A DNA stretch of 47,956 bases from a virus (taxonomy: Duplodnaviria; Caudoviricetes), in the IMG/VR virus record IMGVR_UViG_3300032270_000962, positions 1 to 47,956 of that record. The stretch is one strand, 5' to 3'. Position numbers and translations under genes: made by a program. Positions 28,641 to 36,420 of the stretch are shown piece by piece. The notes beneath the pieces were generated by a model. It had not been told where the DNA came from, ran no database searches, and saw nothing but the letters and a program-made list of their open reading frames with translations. Each line of letters begins with the position of its first letter. The stretch's first letter is position 1.

Positions 28641-28740
28641 ACGTCAAGTATCACCTGCACTCATCTACCAACGCATTAGCTCGGTGCGCTGACGAATGAG
28701 GGTCAGTCATAGTTATTGCCTAGCCCATAGGAGGGACCGA

Positions 28741-29028
28741 ATGAACATCAACATCACAGACATAAACTCTGCAGCAATCGCCTCGTTGCGATATGAAGCT
28801 GTAGGTGCCCGGTATGACGATCTCGACAAGGTCGGCAATCTCGTAATCACCTTTAACACTGGTGGCTCGTACGTTTACCACGATGTATCCGTTGCCACGA
28901 TCCGTGAAGTTCTCTGCAGTCCGTCAATCGGATCGGTAATCGCCAAGACCGTCAAGCCTTCGCACTCGTTCACGAAGTTGAGCGATCCAGTCAAGGTTGC
29001 GCCAGTGGATGAGGCTGTGTCAATCTAA
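28741..29028 (+). CDS. KTSC-domain protein
   Basis: NSAAIASLRY...LVITFNTGGSYVYHDV...SPSIGS; AGGAGG Shine-Dalgarno site after the motif copy at 28685. Confidence 0.7.
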   Translation: MNINITDINSAAIASLRYEAVGARYDDLDKVGNLVITFNTGGSYVYHDVSVATIREVLCSPSIGSVIAKTVKPSHSFTKLSDPVKVAPVDEAVSI

Positions 29029-29033
29029 TGGCC

Positions 29034-29288
29034 ATGACCACTACAACTAACTTCCAACTAATGATGGCTTGCGTCGATGACGGCAAGCGCCTCGAAGTAC
29101 GTGAGGATGGATCTCACAAACTCAAGGTGACGCTGCTCAATGACTTTGGTGGCAAGGTTATTGCCAGCAAGACTTTCCGCAACTGCGAGACCCAGCACTC
29201 CGATAGCGAGCGTTGGCTCAATGACCAAGTTGGCTACCCCAACAACTTTGCAGGAGTCCTGCTCAATCGAGTTTGGGAGGAGATGTAA
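29034..29288 (+). CDS. Hypothetical protein
   Basis: Follows the motif copy at 28998. Confidence 0.6.
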   Translation: MTTTTNFQLMMACVDDGKRLEVREDGSHKLKVTLLNDFGGKVIASKTFRNCETQHSDSERWLNDQVGYPNNFAGVLLNRVWEEM

Positions 29289-29479
29289 TGGCTCTCTACC
29301 TAGCGACAGATGGCAGTTATGGCGATGCCACGAACCTCGTAATCATTGAAGTGGATCACTGGACCGATGATGACTACGCCGTAATTGATGACTTGGCCGA
29401 CAGCTCACGTCTCGACTTTGCCGAAGCCGTCACTGCCAACCCTCGACTACGGCCAACCGAATGGGAGGCTGGCCAATGA
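29288..29479 (+). CDS. Hypothetical protein
   Basis: GGAGG Shine-Dalgarno site; TAATG coupling. Confidence 0.6.
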   Translation: MALYLATDGSYGDATNLVIIEVDHWTDDDYAVIDDLADSSRLDFAEAVTANPRLRPTEWEAGQ

Positions 29480-29661
29480 GCACCAAATGGAATGTCGTAT
29501 TCACGGCACCGGGAGCCATAGTCGTGCTCACGGTCGAAGCCGATGACGAAGAATCTGCCATCTATCTCGCGCTCGAACAGGCTCAAGAGAATATGGGATT
29601 AGACCTGGCCAACCTCGTAGCTGAAGCCACGCCTGGCTATGACTCGGACGTGCTGCTATGA
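29476..29661 (+). CDS. Hypothetical protein
   Basis: GGAGG Shine-Dalgarno site; ATGA overlap. Confidence 0.55.
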   Translation: MSTKWNVVFTAPGAIVVLTVEADDEESAIYLALEQAQENMGLDLANLVAEATPGYDSDVLL

Positions 29662-29918
29662 CACTCACTCGACGCGATGGGTCGCCGGCACCAACCCACC
29701 TCAAGGTATCCCGAGAGTGGACCTACGATGTCACCGATGCTGGTCTATCCCTGGCCGAGTTCACCGATGAGCCGATCCACTATGAGGACGTACTCGAGAT
29801 GATCCATAGCTGGATATCCGAGGATGTCAAGGAGCCAGTCGGCGAGAACCTGCCGGCCATTCAGGAAGTGTATGTGACCGAGGACACACCCCAGGAACAG
29901 AACACAGTTCCTGAGTAA
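29658..29918 (+). CDS. Hypothetical protein
   Basis: ORF track; ATGA overlap. Confidence 0.55.
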   Translation: MTLTRRDGSPAPTHLKVSREWTYDVTDAGLSLAEFTDEPIHYEDVLEMIHSWISEDVKEPVGENLPAIQEVYVTEDTPQEQNTVPE

Positions 29919-29989
29919 TAATTATTTGACGGTGGAGGATGACTCTTCACCCGATACCATTCAAGGAAACAAAGACCCAAGGAGGGCCT

Positions 29990-30862
29990 ATGAATAAGCA
30001 AGAAACAACAACAAATACGCTTCCGTTTGAACGGATTGCTAAGGAACCGACAGCAGTGTTCCTTGATGTGACGCCGGCTATGGCTAAAGCCATGCTCGAA
30101 CACAACACGAACAATCGCGGATTGCGTAAGCACCGGGTTACGAATCTTGCTCGTGAGATGTCTCGCAAGCAGTGGCTCGCAACTGGCGAAGCAATCAAGT
30201 TTGATGTCAAGGGCATTTTGCTCGATGGGCAGCACAGACTTGAGGGTTGCGTAGAAGCGAAGATCACACTCAAGCAACAGCTGATCGTGACAGGACTTCC
30301 ACAAGATTCATTCACAGTGATTGACTCAGGAATGAAGCGAACAAACAACGACATTCTCAATGCCGCTGGTATCGCAAATGGTTCAGCTATCGCACCAGTA
30401 GCACGACTGTACGGAGTGATCGAGGCTGGCATGAATCCATATCGCAGCGATGTACGACAACTCATTACTCGTCAAGACGTTGTTGCGTGGAGTGAAGAGA
30501 ACATCGAAGTACTTGATTGGGCAGTGCGACTTTCACGAACTGTTTATGATTCATCAGGTATCGGAAACAGAACAGCACTGATCACGCTTGCTGTAATGGC
30601 CAACAAGAAAGGACACTCGCGCGAAGTAGTGGAACAGTTCTTCTCTTCACTCTCAACTGGTGAGGGTCTTGCTGGTTCATCGCCGATACTTGCGTTGCGC
30701 TCGTGGTTCATTAAGTCAGGCATGAAGCTTGGTGCTGACGCATCGACTATTCACTTCGCCAACTGTGTGAACACATTCAACAACTGGATTCAGGGCAAGA
30801 TAGTTCGCCGCTACTCGGCACTCGGTCCTGATCACGACTTGCCAGTACTCATCGGGGCATAG
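29990..30862 (+). CDS. ParB-like (DGQHR) N-terminal domain protein
   Basis: VTPAMAKAMLEHNTNNR...GEAIKFD..GILLDGQHRL...IDSG..R; AAGGAGG Shine-Dalgarno site before the ATG at 29990. Confidence 0.8.
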   Translation: MNKQETTTNTLPFERIAKEPTAVFLDVTPAMAKAMLEHNTNNRGLRKHRVTNLAREMSRKQWLATGEAIKFDVKGILLDGQHRLEGCVEAKITLKQQLIVTGLPQDSFTVIDSGMKRTNNDILNAAGIANGSAIAPVARLYGVIEAGMNPYRSDVRQLITRQDVVAWSEENIEVLDWAVRLSRTVYDSSGIGNRTALITLAVMANKKGHSREVVEQFFSSLSTGEGLAGSSPILALRSWFIKSGMKLGADASTIHFANCVNTFNNWIQGKIVRRYSALGPDHDLPVLIGA

Positions 30863-30927
30863 GGGTTCCCCTGCGCTCGTAGATGAGCAATACATAAAGT
30901 CTCATTAACGCCTAAGGAGGGCACACA

Positions 30928-31461
30928 ATGGGTTACTACGTCACTACAGAAGATATCAACATCATCGTCCCTAAGGACTTGCTCGAGCCTGCCTACAAAG
31001 CAGTACTCGCCATGAACGAGGACGACAATCTCAAGCGAGGCGGCTCGTACGGTTCGGAACGTAAGTTCTGGTTCTCGTGGATGCCCGAGGACTTGTCAAC
31101 GCTCGCAGACCTGAAAGCAGTAATTGAGAACCTCGGGTTCGATACCAATTACAACGAAGCAGGAGACCTCGTGCTTGGTCACTACGACAGCAAGACTGGA
31201 CAAGAAGATTTATTCCTTGATGCCATCGCGCCGTTCGTCCAAGAGATGTCGTATGCGATTTGGAGAGGCGAGGACAACTCGTACTACAAGTGGGAGTTCA
31301 ATGATGGCAAGATGCTCGTTATTCCCGGTGAAATGGAAATTACTTGGGATCACGACAACGCCTACACAGCACTTGATGCTTGGAAGAACTCTCAAGCAAT
31401 CATGGCGACGTTCCAACGCGCACTTGATGCAAGTGTGAAAGCCGAGGATACAAATGCCTAA
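30928..31461 (+). CDS. Conserved phage hypothetical protein
   Basis: MGY start; YDSK.G.E..FL..IAP.V...W.GED; AAGGAGG Shine-Dalgarno site after the motif copy at 30872. Confidence 0.7.
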   Translation: MGYYVTTEDINIIVPKDLLEPAYKAVLAMNEDDNLKRGGSYGSERKFWFSWMPEDLSTLADLKAVIENLGFDTNYNEAGDLVLGHYDSKTGQEDLFLDAIAPFVQEMSYAIWRGEDNSYYKWEFNDGKMLVIPGEMEITWDHDNAYTALDAWKNSQAIMATFQRALDASVKAEDTNA

Positions 31462-32065
31462 CTGGTGCAGCAATAATCTCTCAATGAGTGGCCCACCGGA
31501 CCAGGTCCGTGCAATCCTCGATGCTGTTCGTCCCAGCGATGGTGTTGATGACGAGAAGCTGACACTCACCAAGTTCATGCCACAACCAGTGGATGAATCT
31601 GGCGAGCTGATTGATGGAGTCTCGTGGCAGTACGACACATGGGGAACCAAGTGGGGCGACTGCGATACCTCGATCACCAGCGAGGAGTACACCAGCAATC
31701 TTGGTTCAGGATCACTGATGTACAACACAGCTTGGGGTCCAGCATCAGGTCTGATGAAAGAGATCAGTCGATTACACCCGAACGTCACCATGGATATTGA
31801 GTACGAGGAATCGGGAATGAACTTCCTAGGTATCGAGCAGTATCTCAATGGCGAGCTGGTTCACGAGCAACACCATGAGTACAACTTTGATGATGGATTC
31901 ATCAAGCTAGACGATGGGTACAAGATTGACTTTGATACCGATTGGGATGATGAGGACCAGGATCCAGCCGGCACTGTCAACGATGCTGTCTATGCGGCCT
32001 TGGAACATATGTGGAACCAGCATGGACTTCGCAATGCGCCAGTGAATGAGTCCGTCATACAGTAG
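31454..32065 (+). CDS. Api92/DUF1281-like protein with ferredoxin-like domain
   Basis: MPNWC...WGTKWGD...TAWGP...YEESG; paralogue of 14314..14994. Confidence 0.75.
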   Translation: MPNWCSNNLSMSGPPDQVRAILDAVRPSDGVDDEKLTLTKFMPQPVDESGELIDGVSWQYDTWGTKWGDCDTSITSEEYTSNLGSGSLMYNTAWGPASGLMKEISRLHPNVTMDIEYEESGMNFLGIEQYLNGELVHEQHHEYNFDDGFIKLDDGYKIDFDTDWDDEDQDPAGTVNDAVYAALEHMWNQHGLRNAPVNESVIQ

Positions 32066-32102
32066 TAATACCAACGAATACCAACCAATAAGGAGCGACA
32101 CC

Positions 32103-32828
32103 ATGACAACATCAACCACTACGGCACTTCCCGAGTGCTGGCAGACAGTAGAGGAGTGCCTCAATGCAGGCATTGATCGACTGATTCTGTTTGGGCCTCC
32201 GGGACTCGGCAAGACATATGCAGGACTCTCCTACGGAGACGTTCAGGCTGGTGCTTACCGTTTGATCTGCACCGAGGACATGACAACTGCCGACGTAACT
32301 GGCTGTTTCATTCCGAACGAGACAGGCACATTCACTTGGAACTTCGGTTCTGCACTCAAAGCTTGGAAAGGCGATGGCAAAGTCGGTGGACGACTTGTAG
32401 TGGACGAGATTGACAAGGCTGGTGGCGATGTCGCTGCGACCTTGCTCGCCATGCTTGACACACCCGAGTCTGCGACTTGGACACACCCAACTACTGGTGA
32501 AGTAGTTCGACCACTGAACGGATTCAGCGCAGTGATGACCACCAACGTTGAGGACATGAACGAACTGCCAACGGCACTCGCCGACAGATTCCCTGTTCGT
32601 GTTCGCATCAATGTGCCTCATCCAAATGCACTGAACCGACTTTCACCTGACCTGCACAAGTTTGCAATTCGCATGGCAGATGCTGGTGAGCGTCGAATCT
32701 CACTGCGAGCGTTCTACGACTTTGACCGACTTCGCACTGAACTTGGTGACAAGCGAGCAGCCACAATCATCTTCCGTGACCGAGCATCCGATCTGATTGA
32801 TGCAATCGCAGTGGACGGTGTATCGTGA
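32103..32828 (+). CDS. MoxR-like AAA+ ATPase
   Basis: Walker A GPPGLGKT, Walker B VVDEID, sensor TTN, ALADRF arginine finger; AAGGAG Shine-Dalgarno site. Confidence 0.85.
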   Translation: MTTSTTTALPECWQTVEECLNAGIDRLILFGPPGLGKTYAGLSYGDVQAGAYRLICTEDMTTADVTGCFIPNETGTFTWNFGSALKAWKGDGKVGGRLVVDEIDKAGGDVAATLLAMLDTPESATWTHPTTGEVVRPLNGFSAVMTTNVEDMNELPTALADRFPVRVRINVPHPNALNRLSPDLHKFAIRMADAGERRISLRAFYDFDRLRTELGDKRAATIIFRDRASDLIDAIAVDGVS

Positions 32829-34249
32829 CCAAGACCAAGACTGAACGCAAGCGTTCGCCACAACCAGAAATGATTGGTCGTGCCGATCACGAACACGGAC
32901 GTTGGACTGTTGGTGACTCACCAGCGGCCCGAGGTATCCCTCACACTGATCTACACAATCGCAAGATGGTTGCACCTCACGGTGAGAACGAACTTGATCG
33001 TGTTATTCGAGGTCACGAAATGATGCATGCCAAAGTGTCACCGACACCAGCAGAGTTCATGCACTTCGTTTCGCGCGAGGTTGCTTCACAAGCTTCACTG
33101 ATCGCTGTTGAGGAGGCTCGCGTTAACTCGCTCTGCTCACGAGTCGGTATCCCTGTAGACAAGTATCTCACTGACGGAACCGAGAAGGCCGCTGGTAAGA
33201 AACTTGCCGAACTTAAAGATATGACGCAACTGGTACATAGTTCTGTCGCTTGCGCTGGAACTGTCGGTGGTGTCGAGTTCATCAAGGGAGTTCGCTCGGT
33301 GGACAAGGGCCTGGCCAAGGTACTTGCGAATATCCAGAAGCAAGTGATGAAGAACATTGATGCAGTGATGCCCAGCGAACTCGGACGAGTCACTGTCGGC
33401 GACAACATTGGTGGCTTCGCACATACCGAACGTATTGCAGAATGGGTAGACACACTCATCGAGAAGATGGAAGACGAGCAAGATAAGAACGAGGACGAGG
33501 ACCAGGATGAAGATGAGGACGAGGGTGAGGACGAGGGTGAAACCAAGTCTGCCAGTAAGCCATCACCATCCGTATCCAAGCCAGTGAGTGACCCAACAAA
33601 GGTTGCACCTCGCCCAGCAAGAAGCACCGTTCCATCTTGGGGCAAGCTTGACATCAAGAAGTTGCCTATGCCAGAAGCGACTCGCGGCAATCTCGGCAAG
33701 AAGAGGGTTGCCAGCGACACTGGCAAGAATCCTCGCCGTATGCACCGATACCTCACAGACCGCAAGGTATTTGATCGTACCTCTAAGGGTATGGGTGGTG
33801 TCGTACTGATTGATGCCAGTGGTTCTATGTCATTCAATCACAATGACATTCGTGAGATAGTTGAGGCCGCGCCGGGTTGCACCGTTGCGATGTATACATG
33901 GATTGGTCGCGATAAACCGAACCTATGGATACTCGCAGAGAAAGGTCGTATCTGTAAGAAGTCAGACATGCACGATCATCGCAATGGAAATGTCGTGGAC
34001 TTCCCAGCGCTCAAATGGGCAGTGAAGCAACGTCAGCGTTCGACCTCGCCAGTTATTTGGGTCAGCGATGGTGGTGTCACTGGTGAGGGCGACAACGGAC
34101 ATGAAGCACTGAACCGACAAGTAGGACGGTTCTGTGCGATTGAGCGAATCAAGGTTGCGCCGAACGTGAGGTATGCCAAGGAGATGCTGGCACAACTTCG
34201 CACTGGTGCGACAGTAACGAACCACATACCATCACGGTTGCGGTCATAA
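32825..34249 (+). CDS. VWA-domain protein with N-terminal HExxH (zincin-like) region
   Basis: HEMMH; acidic linker; MIDAS motif LIDASGSM...WVSDG; GTGA-coupled to the AAA gene. Confidence 0.8.
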   Translation: MTKTKTERKRSPQPEMIGRADHEHGRWTVGDSPAARGIPHTDLHNRKMVAPHGENELDRVIRGHEMMHAKVSPTPAEFMHFVSREVASQASLIAVEEARVNSLCSRVGIPVDKYLTDGTEKAAGKKLAELKDMTQLVHSSVACAGTVGGVEFIKGVRSVDKGLAKVLANIQKQVMKNIDAVMPSELGRVTVGDNIGGFAHTERIAEWVDTLIEKMEDEQDKNEDEDQDEDEDEGEDEGETKSASKPSPSVSKPVSDPTKVAPRPARSTVPSWGKLDIKKLPMPEATRGNLGKKRVASDTGKNPRRMHRYLTDRKVFDRTSKGMGGVVLIDASGSMSFNHNDIREIVEAAPGCTVAMYTWIGRDKPNLWILAEKGRICKKSDMHDHRNGNVVDFPALKWAVKQRQRSTSPVIWVSDGGVTGEGDNGHEALNRQVGRFCAIERIKVAPNVRYAKEMLAQLRTGATVTNHIPSRLRS

Positions 34250-34256
34250 CAATCAT

Positions 34257-34302
34257 GGGCCTGGTGGTGCTGGGTCGCTCCTCGCTGCCAGGCCCGCCTT
34301 TT
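34257..34302 (+). terminator. Intrinsic terminator-like hairpin after the VWA gene
   Basis: 13-bp stem GGGCCTGGTGGTG/CGCTGCCAGGCCC followed by GCCTTTT. Confidence 0.55.
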
Positions 34303-34327
34303 ATAAACAACTACAAGGAGTAAAGAC

Positions 34328-34573
34328 ATGGACAGAATGAGCGACAGAAAGATTCCATTATCAGGATGGACCGAGACATACCTTGACCCAGTTCTGTCGG
34401 TGATTGAGGGCAACGAACCACCAGATGAGTTCAATGATGGGTTCGCCGGCTTTATACTTGAAGGCATCACTGCCGTTGATCGCATACTTGGCGAGGACGC
34501 GAACGACTGGGAGTGTGTAGAGCTCGTACAGCACTTCATTGAGAGTGCGATGCAGATACAGGAGAGGTTCTAA
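34328..34573 (+). CDS. Hypothetical protein
   Basis: AAGGAG Shine-Dalgarno site. Confidence 0.6.
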   Translation: MDRMSDRKIPLSGWTETYLDPVLSVIEGNEPPDEFNDGFAGFILEGITAVDRILGEDANDWECVELVQHFIESAMQIQERF

Positions 34574-34575
34574 TC

Positions 34576-34794
34576 ATGGCATTCGGCGAAGAACGAGACC
34601 CGGGTTACGACTCGCTTGGCACCAGTGTTGAGGTAGTGGAAACTATGTTCACTACCTACCTCTGCTCTGGCGACGTTGTAGCTCTTATGGAGCGGCTTGA
34701 CAACTACCTCAGTGATCGTGGACTAAGGCTCGTGACGCTCGATAGAACGAACGATGGACGGTACTACGCGTTCCTCACGCGCGAGTTCATCTAG
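34576..34794 (+). CDS. Hypothetical protein
   Basis: GAGG Shine-Dalgarno site. Confidence 0.55.
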   Translation: MAFGEERDPGYDSLGTSVEVVETMFTTYLCSGDVVALMERLDNYLSDRGLRLVTLDRTNDGRYYAFLTREFI

Positions 34795-35081
34795 GTCGAA
34801 GCCACATGCGCCAAGTAACGGCGATGACTCCCAGTAGTGAAGCTTCTCGCCATTCGATTCTCCAGCTCATAGCTTCAACTTGCGTGCGAAGGATCCAAGC
34901 TGTTGCAAAGATCATCATTGCATGGACCAGGCAGGTGACCAGGAAGGCCATGAATACAACGCCGGGTCTACGCTTCGAGGTTTCTTTAGACGGCGGCATT
35001 GAAGATACCTGGATTCTTGATAAAGGAAATAGTGATGGGCATTGGTTTAGGGTATCATTTATTGACGGTGGAGGAAGACCT

Positions 35082-35408
35082 GTGAAATACGAACCAGATA
35101 TGTTCAATAAGTTTGACCAGGCAGTCAATGATGTCAATCAGAATGACTCTGACTCAACGCTGTTGTTCATTGCCACCGACGGTAGCCGGCTATATAAAGC
35201 CTTCACTGGCCCGGCAACCGCTGTCGAAGCTGACTACTACTGTTCTGCCGGCTTCGATGATGAGACGTTCATTGGCGTATGGTCTCACGAGTGGATGCAA
35301 AGCAGCATCGCTGAGATAGAAGAATCAAATGATCCAGACGCCGGGTGGACCAAGCTCATGGAAGGCATGGTTCTCACCATTGCTGAGTACGCCGATAGGC
35401 CAAAGTAA
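35082..35408 (+). CDS. Hypothetical protein
   Basis: Start moved to the GTG at 35082, after GGAGG. Confidence 0.55.
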   Translation: MKYEPDMFNKFDQAVNDVNQNDSDSTLLFIATDGSRLYKAFTGPATAVEADYYCSAGFDDETFIGVWSHEWMQSSIAEIEESNDPDAGWTKLMEGMVLTIAEYADRPK

Positions 35409-35846
35409 ATCACCTCCCTGGGATAGGAGCTGTTGAGCCAGGAACCACCACACCGATTAATTGGCTCGATGCTGCAACTACCCTCAGGGAGGCATACTTA
35501 TTGTCTCACAAGCTGGCTTGTTTCAAAGCAAATAATATTGACGGTGGCAGATGACCCGGCAATGCGTGACTGGCAGTCATTAAAAAAAGATGCGTAATCG
35601 CAGCATTGTTTGCTTGCATCCCAGTAATGTACCCGCTAGGTTCTTCCGTACAACATAGTGACGTCACACCACTTGTCTACGAGATTACCCCCCATAAGGG
35701 AGGGTCTGCCGGGGCCTTGCAAAAAACTGGTTTATCGCCGGGCAAAGTTCCCCCAAACCCCCTCAAATATGGGTTATAGATGATGGTCATTCGTTTTTAT
35801 TTCTCGTTGTTGAAAGGTAATTAATATGACGGTGGAGGATGATCCT
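35409..35846. other. Non-coding region with a long hairpin, A/T tracts and repeat copies; candidate replication origin or control region
   Basis: No ORF of 60 aa or more until 35826; hairpin at 35413-35492; GACGGTGG copies at 35538 and 35826; lies directly upstream of replication-type genes. Confidence 0.4.
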
Positions 35847-36233
35847 ATGGTTTCCCTATTTGCTGAAGTTATTCCAATTAGAGGAAAGAAGATTGCTCGA
35901 AGAAATGCTCGAAAGACTGCTTATAAACAGGTTTCGCCCGGCGATGTAGAACAGCTGTTTGAATTTTGGCGCACGACATTAAACAAAAAGGCCTTGCTTT
36001 CTGATGAGCGACGGGCTATTCTTGCCTGGGGGATATTGAACTATGGAATGGAAACGTGTGAGATGGCAATCAAGGGCTGCTCTATCAGCGATTGGCACAT
36101 GGGTCGCAATCCCAACAACGTCCGGTATGACTCAGTGGAACTCATCTTTCGGAATGCCGAAAAGGTTGAATGGTTTGTGGCCAAGTTTGAGGCAGCAGGC
36201 AGTCCCAAGACAACGAATGGTGACCCCTTTTGA
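35847..36233 (+). CDS. Putative phage replication-initiator-like protein (C-terminal-domain type)
   Basis: VEQLFEFW...LSDERR.IL...YG.E....AIKGC..SDWHMG.N....YD..ELIFRN..KVE.F pattern; upstream of a helicase-loader-like gene. Confidence 0.55.
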   Translation: MVSLFAEVIPIRGKKIARRNARKTAYKQVSPGDVEQLFEFWRTTLNKKALLSDERRAILAWGILNYGMETCEMAIKGCSISDWHMGRNPNNVRYDSVELIFRNAEKVEWFVAKFEAAGSPKTTNGDPF

Positions 36234-36246
36234 TTGACGGTGGCGC

Positions 36247-36420
36247 ATGAACAACGGAGAGACACAGAATACTGCCGTGCTTGACGACGACCTATTGGTG
36301 ATCCACGAGAAATACCACAAAACAGCCAGGTGGCACGGTGCCTTACAGGCCCATTTTGAGATCGAAACCTTCGGACACACCCTATATGTACCGACTGACC
36401 CGGCAAAGGTGTCCCTATGA
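36247..36420 (+). CDS. 57-aa hypothetical protein (missing from ORF track)
   Basis: MNNGETQNT...AKVSL*; ATGA-coupled to the next gene. Confidence 0.5.
   Translation: MNNGETQNTAVLDDDLLVIHEKYHKTARWHGALQAHFEIETFGHTLYVPTDPAKVSL

Larger units (their letters stand above)
4281..32063. promoter_or_regulatory. Dispersed 31-copy promoter-like element YGCGYY-N4-RATKAN-N7-YANNNT(-N6-ATG)
   Basis: First base of each copy. Minus strand: 4315, 5418, 9249, 13793, 16282, 16539, 18221, 18455, 18858, 19633, 19916, 20288, 24566, 24968, 27089, 28675. Plus strand: 5428, 7641, 9259, 9443, 16549, 20298, 20471, 22077, 24987, 25324, 25683, 28685, 28998, 30872, 32035. The outer hexamers are always 17 bp apart. Confidence 0.9.

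Noticed and set aside
4281-32063. Repeated element as a CRISPR array or classical integron attC array
   Set aside because: The copies are degenerate, lie on both strands and are separated by whole genes. They lack GTTRRRY cores and attC-type palindromes, and no cas or integrase gene is in the window.
33013-33837. 274-aa minus-strand ORF and similar overlapping ORFs in the track
   Set aside because: They are antisense to well-supported genes with clear motifs (VWA, AAA, ParB-like).
35420-35432. GGGATAGGAGC resembling the start-associated sequence of cluster K mycobacteriophages
   Set aside because: It is a single copy, lies within a hairpin arm and is not followed by a supported gene start.
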